NCBI GenBank assembly: GCA_045632925.1 | Contig: JAZQXP010000067.1 | Span: 2,209 to 66,208 of the forward strand | Source of the DNA: Eubacteriales bacterium | Lineage (GTDB): Bacteria > Bacillota > Clostridia > Oscillospirales > CAG-272 | Direction of reading: 5' to 3' | Length of the DNA stretch: 64,000 nt | Part shown: in pieces, positions 26,742 through 35,070 of the stretch | Position numbering within the stretch: position 1 is the stretch's first letter | Layout of the letters: each line of letters opens with the position of its first letter | Program-made: the position numbers and the translations under genes | Notes under the pieces: model-generated | What the model was told of the DNA's origin: nothing | Database searches by the model: none | The model's input: only the letters and a program-made list of their open reading frames with translations

Positions 26742-27030
26742 TATCACTTACGGTAAACAACACATAATCATTGACACGTCCGATGAAGTAGATTTCGTCG
26801 GTGTATCCGTCAAACGCAGAAATACCAATTTCTCGCTGGTAACCGGCTGTGAAAACGCCGGAGCAATCCGGAAAGATGTGACTGTCATCCTTGATAATGA
26901 CACAAAAGTGATCTTGCATAATTACAGCTCACCCGAGTTATCCGAAATGGTAAAAGAGCTGTACCCCTTTGCCGGAATGAAATTTTCGGAAATTCGCTTT
27001 GAAAACTTCTATCTGTTTCAGACAATATAA
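26731..27030 (+). CDS. hypothetical protein (99 aa)
   Basis: ORF overlapping the preceding stop by 11 nt. Followed by a terminator. Confidence 0.5.
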   Translation: MKTDITYGKQHIIIDTSDEVDFVGVSVKRRNTNFSLVTGCENAGAIRKDVTVILDNDTKVILHNYSSPELSEMVKELYPFAGMKFSEIRFENFYLFQTI

Positions 27031-27033
27031 ACT

Positions 27034-27072
27034 AATCCCCCGATCTCATCAAAGGTCGGGGGAATTATTTTA
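27034..27072. terminator. bidirectional intrinsic terminator
   Basis: CCCCCGA-N-TCGGGGG stem followed by a T-rich run (ATTATTTT). Confidence 0.7.
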
Positions 27073-27075
27073 GTA

Positions 27076-28689
27076 TTAAAGAATCTTATGCGTAAGTCTG
27101 TTCGGCGTGCACATCTTGCCGTAGCAGTTGTTCGAGCCGTTAGGGACGGTACCCTCGAGGAGCTCGAATGCGAGCTCGGGGATCTCATCGATCTTGCCGC
27201 TTGTGTAGTCGAGCAGACGGCGGCGGCAGGAATCGGTTCTGCGGAGAAGTCCGCCGAGACGGATATCCTGAACGTCAAAGCCCGTGGGCTTGTTCTCGAT
27301 ATTCCACTGCTTCTCAAACGCGAGAGCAAACTTCTCGATCAGCTTGTATACCTCAACGTAATCCTTCTTCGCAAGCTTGCGGAGAATGTCCTTGTCGCCT
27401 GCAAGATAAGCCTGACGGGTGCGGATACCGAGATCGTACTTGACTGCAAGTGCGTCAGCGAGCTTTGCCGCGCTGTCAAAGAGGTATGCCCAGCGGCGGT
27501 ACTTCTTAGCGTAGCCGTGCCATTCCTCGGCAACCGACTCGATATACTCGCGCTGATTCGGGAGGAGACGGATATCGTTGAAGCCGTTGAAATAGTCGTT
27601 AAAGAGAACGAGCTTTGCGGTTGCATCGTTTCTGTTAGCCTTCTTGACGATCTCGTTGAGCTTATCGAGCGACATAAACGCGTCGTACTCCGCGCCGAAG
27701 ATGCGGCGGAAGCCCGCGCGGATCTTTTCCTCGTCGTCGTTACCCTTGAGGTACTGCGCGATGTTATGGAGAGCGGGAAGGATCGCGTAGCGCGAGCACT
27801 CGTGACCGTCGTCGCCCCACATGGTTACGAAAATATTCTTGATTTTGTGCTTGCGGCAAGCGTCGAGAGCATATCTCATCGCCAGGATCGAAAATGCGTT
27901 CATCGGGAGGAAGCCTCTCCAGGTCCAGGCACCGCCCGCAAACCAGGTCTTCTTCGAAAGCTGCTCGTGGTTATAGAGCATTCCGTCGTAAGCCGCCTCG
28001 TTGTCGCGGTAGTAATCCCAGTAAACGGGGATAACGTCCTCGGGAACAGCCTCAATGACTTCCTTAGGCATCTCGCGGCGGGGCTGGAAATAGGAATTGT
28101 TCGGGTCGATGCTGCGGAAGAACATATCCGACCACATCATCGGCTCGAAATCGTACTTGCGGACGATCTCGCATACCTTGGCAAGGTGACGCTTGATGAT
28201 CGAGGTGGGATGCTCGTAGCCGTGCAGATCCATGAATTTTCCGCGTCCGAGAGTCCAAGCCTCGTCCATACCGATATGGAGACGGCTGCTCTTGAAGCAT
28301 TCGCGGCAGGATTTGATCGCATTCTCGATGAACTCATAAGTACGGGGATCGTCAACGAGCATTGCGTCCTCATTGTCGATCGGAACCTTCTTCCACGGAA
28401 CAAAGCCCTGAAGATGCGCGAGGGTCTGGATGCAGGGGATGATCTCGATGCCCATACCCGATGCGTATTCGTCAAGCTCGATGAGCTCTTCCTTCGAGTA
28501 TCTTCCGCGCATGTAGCCGAGATAGGGCTCGCCGTCTACCTCATAGGTATCCTCTGTGTAGAGCATAACGCAGTTATAGCCCATCTTCTTCAGATAACCG
28601 AAATATTTCTTGAGTGCCTCTACGCTCATGACCGCATTTCTGGACATATCCAGCATTACGCCGAGCGTTTCGTAATTGAACTTTTTCAT
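27076..28689 (-). CDS. beta-N-acetylhexosaminidase family protein (GH20), cytoplasmic
   Basis: GVMLDMSRN and HIGMDEA catalytic-region motifs. No signal peptide. Confidence 0.8.
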   Translation of the reverse strand: MKKFNYETLGVMLDMSRNAVMSVEALKKYFGYLKKMGYNCVMLYTEDTYEVDGEPYLGYMRGRYSKEELIELDEYASGMGIEIIPCIQTLAHLQGFVPWKKVPIDNEDAMLVDDPRTYEFIENAIKSCRECFKSSRLHIGMDEAWTLGRGKFMDLHGYEHPTSIIKRHLAKVCEIVRKYDFEPMMWSDMFFRSIDPNNSYFQPRREMPKEVIEAVPEDVIPVYWDYYRDNEAAYDGMLYNHEQLSKKTWFAGGAWTWRGFLPMNAFSILAMRYALDACRKHKIKNIFVTMWGDDGHECSRYAILPALHNIAQYLKGNDDEEKIRAGFRRIFGAEYDAFMSLDKLNEIVKKANRNDATAKLVLFNDYFNGFNDIRLLPNQREYIESVAEEWHGYAKKYRRWAYLFDSAAKLADALAVKYDLGIRTRQAYLAGDKDILRKLAKKDYVEVYKLIEKFALAFEKQWNIENKPTGFDVQDIRLGGLLRRTDSCRRRLLDYTSGKIDEIPELAFELLEGTVPNGSNNCYGKMCTPNRLTHKIL

Positions 28690-28767
28690 TTTGTCCCTCC
28701 ATTGGAGTATTTAGTTGAGACCATTATATCATAAAAAATGAAGATTTGCAATAGGTTGGGGAGAATT

Positions 28768-28800
28768 AAGGTGAAAGGTGAAAGGGAAAAGGGAAAAGGT
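28768..28800. repeat. heptamer tandem repeat AAGG(T/G)(G/A)A x4.7
   Basis: AAGGTGA AAGGTGA AAGGGAA AAGGGAA AAGGT. Confidence 0.85.
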
Positions 28801-28877
28801 ATGGTAAATTTCCGCGCTTCGCCCGAAAATTATTTTAATTAAATTGCTTTTCGAGCAAAGCGAGAAAGGCTTCCTTA

Positions 28878-28905
28878 ACTCTGCACTCTGAACTCTGCAC
28901 TCTGA
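28878..28905. repeat. heptamer tandem repeat ACTCTG(C/A) x4, abutting a promoter
   Basis: ACTCTGC ACTCTGA ACTCTGC ACTCTGA. Same family as 52768-52795. Confidence 0.85.
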
Positions 28906-28913
28906 ACTTTTTC

Positions 28914-28942
28914 TTGACTTCTCTCCTCTTCTATGATATAAT
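28914..28942 (+). promoter_or_regulatory. promoter TTGACT-17-TATAAT (TG-extended)
   Basis: Hexamers at 28914-28919 and 28937-28942. Confidence 0.7.
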
Positions 28943-28968
28943 AAAAATAAATGAAAGAGGTGCAAATT

Positions 28969-29502
28969 ATGCTTGACAACATTCTTTACTACCTAGGTCA
29001 ATTTCTCGGCATCGTTGCCGTGATCCTCGGTTTCGTCTCATTTCAGATGAAGACGCCGAAGAAGATCCTCGCCTGCCAGATCACGGTGGCGTTTCTCTTC
29101 GCGGCGCATTATCTCCTTATCGGCGCGTTCGATGCGGCTCCGCTGAATCTCTTGGCGGCGGTCAGCAATATCCTGTATTACTTCCGCGCAAAGCGAGGCA
29201 GCCAAAGCCTTTTTGAACCGATCTTCTATATTACGATGATCACCGTCATCGGCATTCTGACCTGGGAATCCTGGTACACCCTCATCCTTATGTTCGGTCT
29301 TTACGCAACCGCGATCGGGCTTTCGCTCACAGAGCCGCAAAGCACGCGCAAGGTCATGCTCATTAAAGCTCCCCTCTGCCTCATCTATAACGCCCTCGTT
29401 TTATCGGTCGGCGGCATTATTTACGAATGCGCAGTGCTCGCTTCGGCGATAATAGGGTTGATAAAATACAGAAATAATCTTGACACACCACAAAATTTAT
29501 GA
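28969..29502 (+). CDS. YgjV-family inner membrane protein
   Basis: Family-like N-terminus (..LGIVAVILGFVSFQMK) and 5-6 TM segments. AGAGGTG RBS favours ATG 28969. Confidence 0.7.
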   Translation: MLDNILYYLGQFLGIVAVILGFVSFQMKTPKKILACQITVAFLFAAHYLLIGAFDAAPLNLLAAVSNILYYFRAKRGSQSLFEPIFYITMITVIGILTWESWYTLILMFGLYATAIGLSLTEPQSTRKVMLIKAPLCLIYNALVLSVGGIIYECAVLASAIIGLIKYRNNLDTPQNL

Positions 29503-29542
29503 TATACTAAAATAAAAATTTATAAATCAGGAGGATCTTTCA

Positions 29543-30307
29543 ATGAACCGTTTAGAAGGAAAAGTTGCAATTATCACCGGCGGTAACTCGGGCGTAGGAG
29601 CCGCAACCGCACAGAAATTTGCCGCTGAGGGCGCGAAGGTCGTCATCACGGCACGCAGAGAGGCACAGCTCGAAGAGGTTGCCGCAAAGATCCGCGAAGC
29701 GGGCGGCGAGGTTCTTCCCGTCGTCAGCGATATATCCAAGCCCGAGGACGCCAAGAGAGTTGTTGCCGAGACCATGGCTAAATTCGGCAAGGTCGACATC
29801 CTTATTAACAACGCGGGCGTTCTTGACAACGGACTCAAGGCAATCGACAGCGTTTCCGATGACGATATGAACAAGGTCATCGACATCAACACCAAGGGCA
29901 CAATGTGTATGACCCGTGAGGTTGCGGTCGAGATGGCAAAGACGGGCTACGGCTCTATCGTCAACGTAGCATCGGTTGCGGGCGTTATGGGCTGCGGCGG
30001 CGCAGCATACGTTGCATCCAAGGCTGCCGTTATCGGTCTTACCAGACACACCGCTCTCCGTTTTGCAGGAACTAACGTACGCTGCAACGCCATCTGCCCC
30101 GGCACGATCGTCACCCCCATGGTCGCAGGCATGAATCCCGCTAACATGGATATGAACATCTTCGGTCAGATGATGAAGCACAACGACCTCAAGGTTCAGC
30201 CCTGTATGCCCGAGGACGTAGCAAATATGCTTCTCTTCTTCGCCTCCGATGAATCGAGAGCGATCACGGGACAGACGCTTGTTACGGACTTTGGTTCAAC
30301 TCTTTAA
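29543..30307 (+). CDS. SDR-family oxidoreductase
   Basis: TGGNSGVG, NNAG and YVASK motifs. Confidence 0.88.
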   Translation: MNRLEGKVAIITGGNSGVGAATAQKFAAEGAKVVITARREAQLEEVAAKIREAGGEVLPVVSDISKPEDAKRVVAETMAKFGKVDILINNAGVLDNGLKAIDSVSDDDMNKVIDINTKGTMCMTREVAVEMAKTGYGSIVNVASVAGVMGCGGAAYVASKAAVIGLTRHTALRFAGTNVRCNAICPGTIVTPMVAGMNPANMDMNIFGQMMKHNDLKVQPCMPEDVANMLLFFASDESRAITGQTLVTDFGSTL

Positions 30308-30330
30308 TTCAAAACTAAAGACAACAGCAG

Positions 30331-30734
30331 CGAAAAAGTTTTCGTCCACCTTTTTCAAAAGGTGGCAGATTCTTAAGGCAGCGCCTTAAGTCGCGCTCCG
30401 CAGAGCGCGAAACTATCCCCCTGCGCTTCAAACGGGCGGCGTGTCGCCGCCCGTTTGGAAAGAGTAAAACCTACCCTTTGAGGGTAGGTTTTCGCTCTTT
30501 CATCCTCCGCGTGCCCAAAAGGCGCGCGGATTTTTAATTTTAATTAATATGCTAAACTTAGTTTTGGGGCACAGTATTACAAAATTTAAAAGTAAAGTCT
30601 CAACACCTCCCGCGATGTGAGGTGTTGAGACTTTCAAGCGGTCGGCAGGGACGCCGCCCGCTTGAAGCGAAAAGGAAGTTCCGACCTCTGCGGAGGTCGG
30701 CTTAAGAAACTTTTTTGAAAAAAAGTTTCTTAAG
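30331..30734. repeat. array of at least 10 unrelated GC-rich hairpins (REP/BIME-like mosaic) between convergent genes
   Basis: Hairpins at 30331-44, 30346-65, 30372-90, 30391-410, 30429-57, 30458-501 (nested), 30506-30, 30596-632, 30634-65, 30681-700 and 30701-34. Confidence 0.8.
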
Positions 30735-30760
30735 AAGCTTCAAAAAACTTTCCGCTGGTG

Positions 30761-32521
30761 TTATTTGCTCGTTTCCTCAATAAACTCATCGATCCTATCC
30801 GCAATCACCTGCAGGCTTGTGCGCCAGAATTCGGGTTTGGTCAGGTCGATGCCCGCGATATGAGCGACGTCCTCTACGCTCTCGACGGTCGTTGCCTTGA
30901 GAAGCGCGCGGTATTTGGGCAGGAACGCCTCGCCCTCCTCGAGATACTTCGCATAAAGTCCGCGCGAGAAGAGTCCGCCGAATGCGTAGGGGAAGTTATA
31001 GTAGCTGAGGCCTGCGCGATAGTAGTGGCTCTTGCAGCACCACATATAGGGATGCAGATAATTCGGGTCGAGACCGTCGCCGTAGGCTTCCTTCTGTGCA
31101 TTCAGCATGATCTCTTCAAGCTCGTCCGCGAACATGAACTTGTTCTTTCTGCGGCGGATGACCTCATCCTCAAAGAGGAAGCGCGAATAGATATCGACAA
31201 TGATCTGGTTGCAGTCCTGAATCTGGCTTTCGATAAGGGCGATCTTCTCCGCACCCTCTGCCTTCGAGATCGCGTCGTTTACGATGATGAGCTCGTTGAA
31301 GTTCGATGCAGTCTCGGCAACGGGCATGGTGTAGCCCGTGTTGAGCGGACGGTGGGACTCTATCTGCTGACCGTGGTATGCGTGACCGAGCTCGTGCGCG
31401 AGTGTGACTACAGAGCCGAAGCTGCCCGAGAAGTTGGTGAGAATACGGCTCTGACCGATGAAGGGCAGATTCGAGCAGAACGCGCCTCCGACCTTGCCCG
31501 CACGGGGATAAAAATCGATCCATTCCTCGCGGAATGCGCGGTCGACCATCTCTGCGAGGTCGGGAGCAAAGCTTTCAAAATGCTCGACGAGGTATTTGTG
31601 CGCCTCCTCGACAGTAAAGGTCTGTGTGCTTGCGTCGCCGATCTGCGCGTACATCTCGAACCAGGGCAGACCGTTTTCGTATCCGAGGAGCTTTGCTTTA
31701 TGGCGCATATACTCGCGGAACTTGGGCATGTACTCGCGCATAGCCTCGAGCATAGCGTCGAGGGTCGCCTTCTGCATACGTGAATCCTCGAGGGTCATTG
31801 CCAGCGGATCTGCGTAACCGCGGAGCTCTGCCTCGGTGTTGACCTGACACTTGATGCTGTTGAGCGCGAATGCAATAGAATCACGGATCTTTTGGTAGCA
31901 AGCAAGCTCAGCCTCGTAAGCCTCTTTACGGACGGTAGCATCATCACTCTCGGCAAGTCCGCGGATCGCGGAGAGAGTCGTCTTTTCGCCCTTATAATCG
32001 ACCTCTACGTTTGCAGTAAGATAGGAGAAGAGATCGCCCCAGGCTCTGCCGCCGCTGATCGAAAGCTTAGCAAAGACCTCCTCGGCTTCGTCGGAAAGCA
32101 TATGCGAGACCGATTTCTTTATCTCGTCAAAATAGAATCCGTATTCGCAAAGCACCTCGTCGCCCGCGATGACGGAATCAATATCCTCGATCGTGCCGAC
32201 GAACTTGTTGAACGCGACGTTTACCTTCGCGAGGGATGCCATCATACCCTGGATCTTGGTCATATAGACCGCGCCCGCAGTATCGGAGGAATTTGCCGAG
32301 CGGCGGAGGCTGAAGAAGCCCATAAGACGGCGGGTCAGCAGACCCATCTTTTCCTTGATATCAATAACACGGCGCAGGGATGCCGCGGGAGCAGAATCAT
32401 CGAGCTCCGCCACAGCGGTCTTGTATTCTCCGACGATCTCCTCGATCTTTTTCAGATCGGCTTCGATCGCGGGATCGTCCGCGCCCTTGTAAAATACGTC
32501 AAGTGACCATTCGTTATACAT
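30761..32521 (-). CDS. M3B-family oligoendopeptidase (PepF-like)
   Basis: HELGHAYH zinc motif. Typical length and C-terminal region. Confidence 0.88.
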   Translation of the reverse strand: MYNEWSLDVFYKGADDPAIEADLKKIEEIVGEYKTAVAELDDSAPAASLRRVIDIKEKMGLLTRRLMGFFSLRRSANSSDTAGAVYMTKIQGMMASLAKVNVAFNKFVGTIEDIDSVIAGDEVLCEYGFYFDEIKKSVSHMLSDEAEEVFAKLSISGGRAWGDLFSYLTANVEVDYKGEKTTLSAIRGLAESDDATVRKEAYEAELACYQKIRDSIAFALNSIKCQVNTEAELRGYADPLAMTLEDSRMQKATLDAMLEAMREYMPKFREYMRHKAKLLGYENGLPWFEMYAQIGDASTQTFTVEEAHKYLVEHFESFAPDLAEMVDRAFREEWIDFYPRAGKVGGAFCSNLPFIGQSRILTNFSGSFGSVVTLAHELGHAYHGQQIESHRPLNTGYTMPVAETASNFNELIIVNDAISKAEGAEKIALIESQIQDCNQIIVDIYSRFLFEDEVIRRRKNKFMFADELEEIMLNAQKEAYGDGLDPNYLHPYMWCCKSHYYRAGLSYYNFPYAFGGLFSRGLYAKYLEEGEAFLPKYRALLKATTVESVEDVAHIAGIDLTKPEFWRTSLQVIADRIDEFIEETSK

Positions 32522-32678
32522 TTTATTGTCTCCTTATGTGGTTTTTTCTTCATTATACAATAAAATTGCCTCAATTACAATACAAATCGTCGAAAAAAAG
32601 CGGCTATTTTCATTTTTTTGTTGCCAAAATCAGTCTTGTGTGATATAATTAATTCAATAAACAAAAAGGAGCGAATCT

Positions 32679-33488
32679 ATGAAGCTCAAATATCTCGGAA
32701 CCGCGGCGGCAGAGGGATTTCCCGCGCTCTTCTGCAACTGCAAATACTGCGAGGAGGCAAGGCGGCTCGGTGGAAAGAACATCCGCACGCGCTCGCAGTC
32801 GCTCGTAAATGACGATCTGCTTATCGACTTCCCTGCCGACACCTATCACCATTTTCTGACCCACGGTATCGAGGGCGACCGCATCAAATATCTCATCATA
32901 ACCCACGCGCATTCCGATCATCTCTACCCGACCGATCTCTATAACCGCCACGGCTGCTACGCCCACAATATGCGCGCGCCCGAGCTTGAGGTTTTCTGCT
33001 CGGACTATTCCGCATCTCGCATCGGTGAGCCGAAAAACGTCAAGGTAAATGTGATCAAGCCCTTCGAGACTATTGAATTCGGCTCATATCACGTGACCGC
33101 ACTACCCGCGCGTCATATGCCGGGCGGCGAGCCTCTGTTTTACATAATCGAGAACGAAGGAAAGACCCTTCTCTACGCGCACGACACGGGATACTTCTTC
33201 GACGAGGTCTTTGATTTCATTGAAAAGAATCGTTTCCGCTTTGATCTGGTCAGCCTTGACTGCACGAACGTCGATATCGCGATCCCCGACACGGGATCGC
33301 ATATGGGATTTCCGAACATCAACCGCGTCGTTGAAAAGCTCCGCTCCTTCTCTGCGGTCGATAATGACACCGTGATCTGCATAAATCACTTCTCGCACAA
33401 CGGCAATCCCCTGCACGATCATCTCCTCGGGCGCGCTTCGGAATACGGTTATCTCGTCTCATACGACGGATTCGAGGTGGAATTCTGA
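32679..33488 (+). CDS. MBL-fold metallo-hydrolase (PhnP-like, N-terminal CxCxxC)
   Basis: FCNCKYC and THAHSDH motifs. Paralog of 23705-24550. Confidence 0.8.
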   Translation: MKLKYLGTAAAEGFPALFCNCKYCEEARRLGGKNIRTRSQSLVNDDLLIDFPADTYHHFLTHGIEGDRIKYLIITHAHSDHLYPTDLYNRHGCYAHNMRAPELEVFCSDYSASRIGEPKNVKVNVIKPFETIEFGSYHVTALPARHMPGGEPLFYIIENEGKTLLYAHDTGYFFDEVFDFIEKNRFRFDLVSLDCTNVDIAIPDTGSHMGFPNINRVVEKLRSFSAVDNDTVICINHFSHNGNPLHDHLLGRASEYGYLVSYDGFEVEF

Positions 33489-34204
33489 TGGAATATCTTT
33501 ATCTGATCCTCGTCGGCTTCGGCGCTGCATTCGTACAGAGGGTCAGCGGCTTTGGGCTCGGCATCTTCGCTATGATGTTCCTACCGCACTTTCTGCCCTC
33601 AAATACGGCGGCATCCACGATCTCATGTCTCTTTTCATGTTGTACGACCACCTTCAACTCGATCAAATACCGCAAGAATATCGCTTTCAAGACCGCGCTT
33701 CCGATGCTTGTCGCCGCTATGATCCCGATTATGATCGCGATCTATTGCTCCGCGAAGGTCTCGGCAGATGTATTCAAGATACTCCTCGGAAGCGTACTTG
33801 TGATCCTCAGCATCTACTTCCTTTTCTTCAACAAGAGGATCAAGATCAAGCCCACGCCGCTAAACGGCGTCATTGCGGGCACGATCAGCGGCGTCCTCAA
33901 CGGTCTCTTTTCGACCGGCGGACCTCCCGCAGTGCTTTATCTGACGAGCGCAACGCCCGATAACATCACTTATTTCGCAACCATTCAGTTTTATTTCTGC
34001 CTGACAAACCTTTTTGCAACCGCCAACCGCGCCATAAGCGGGCTTATTACGGTCGATCTGCTCATCTACGCCGCCGTCGGATTCATCGGATGCCTCGCGG
34101 GAGACTTCCTCGGCAGAAAGGTATTCGATAAGCTCGACGCCCAAAAGCTCAAATACGTAATATACATAGGAATGATAATCAGCGGAGTGCTGATGCTCTT
34201 TTAA
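33488..34204 (+). CDS. TauE/SafE-family anion exporter
   Basis: VSGFGLG and TGGPP motifs, about 7 TM segments. Start overlaps the preceding stop. Confidence 0.8.
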   Translation: MEYLYLILVGFGAAFVQRVSGFGLGIFAMMFLPHFLPSNTAASTISCLFSCCTTTFNSIKYRKNIAFKTALPMLVAAMIPIMIAIYCSAKVSADVFKILLGSVLVILSIYFLFFNKRIKIKPTPLNGVIAGTISGVLNGLFSTGGPPAVLYLTSATPDNITYFATIQFYFCLTNLFATANRAISGLITVDLLIYAAVGFIGCLAGDFLGRKVFDKLDAQKLKYVIYIGMIISGVLMLF

Positions 34205-34214
34205 GGAGGACGCT

Positions 34215-34973
34215 ATGAAAGAATTTTTCCATTACTTTTTCGGCCAAGGTACGGAGATCGAGTTTGAAAACTTCACGTTTGCCCATCTTGCTCCGATACT
34301 CGTTGCGGCGGCTTTGATATTCCTCATCTACCGATTCCGCGACAAGATCGCGGGATACAAGAACGAACATCGATTCAGATACGCCATCGCATTCATTATG
34401 ATAATCTCCGAGATGTCATATTACTGGCGTCTTGTCGGAATTCCCGAGCTCGGACCCAACCCCGTGGATCACCTTCCCATATTCGTATGCGGTTGGGCGG
34501 TAATTTTCGGAAGCTATATGATCGTCGGCAAGAATCAGTATCTATTTGATATCTGCTATTTCTGGGCACTCTGCGGCACGATCTTCGCGCTCATCACCCC
34601 GACGGTTCTCTCCTACGCAGGTCCGACCCGATTCCGCTACTATCAGTTCTGGACAGAGCATCTGATCGGATATATCGGCATTTTCTATCTGATCTTCGTA
34701 CATAAAATGCGCCCGAATATTAAATCGATGGTCCGCTCATACGTATGGCTTGCGATCCTCGCGGTCATCGCTTATATTGCCAACACCATCATTGGTCCCG
34801 GCGCAAACTATCTCTTTATGGCGCGCCCCGAGTCCACTCCCTCGGTCCTCGACATTCTTCCCGCGAACTTTGCGCTGAGATTGCTTATTATGGCAGCCGT
34901 TGTGACCGCGCTCTTCTTCGTCGCGTATCTTCCTTGGTATCTCATCGACAGAAAAGCCAAAAAGAACTCATAA
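34215..34973 (+). CDS. TIGR02206/YwaF-family membrane protein
   Basis: LPIFVCGW, YFWALCGT..ALITP and RFRYYQFW..H segments. Confidence 0.7.
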   Translation: MKEFFHYFFGQGTEIEFENFTFAHLAPILVAAALIFLIYRFRDKIAGYKNEHRFRYAIAFIMIISEMSYYWRLVGIPELGPNPVDHLPIFVCGWAVIFGSYMIVGKNQYLFDICYFWALCGTIFALITPTVLSYAGPTRFRYYQFWTEHLIGYIGIFYLIFVHKMRPNIKSMVRSYVWLAILAVIAYIANTIIGPGANYLFMARPESTPSVLDILPANFALRLLIMAAVVTALFFVAYLPWYLIDRKAKKNS

Positions 34974-34998
34974 AAAAACACCCCTCGGGGTGTTTTTT
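34971..34998 (+). terminator. intrinsic terminator
   Basis: AAAAAAACACCCC-TC-GGGGTGTTTTTTT. Confidence 0.85.
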
Positions 34999-35070
34999 TC
35001 TATGGAATCTATTGATATTATTGTTTCATTATGATAAAATAAATATATATTTTATTTAAGGAGACTCAAT

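Noticed and set aside
28768-28905. Possible CRISPR array or minisatellite, suggested by the heptamer tracts (also 52487-52795) and the 18-bp repeats at 58133-58330.
   Set aside because: The units are 7 or 18 bp with no spacers of CRISPR size and no cas genes. The 18-bp repeats are in-frame coding sequence.
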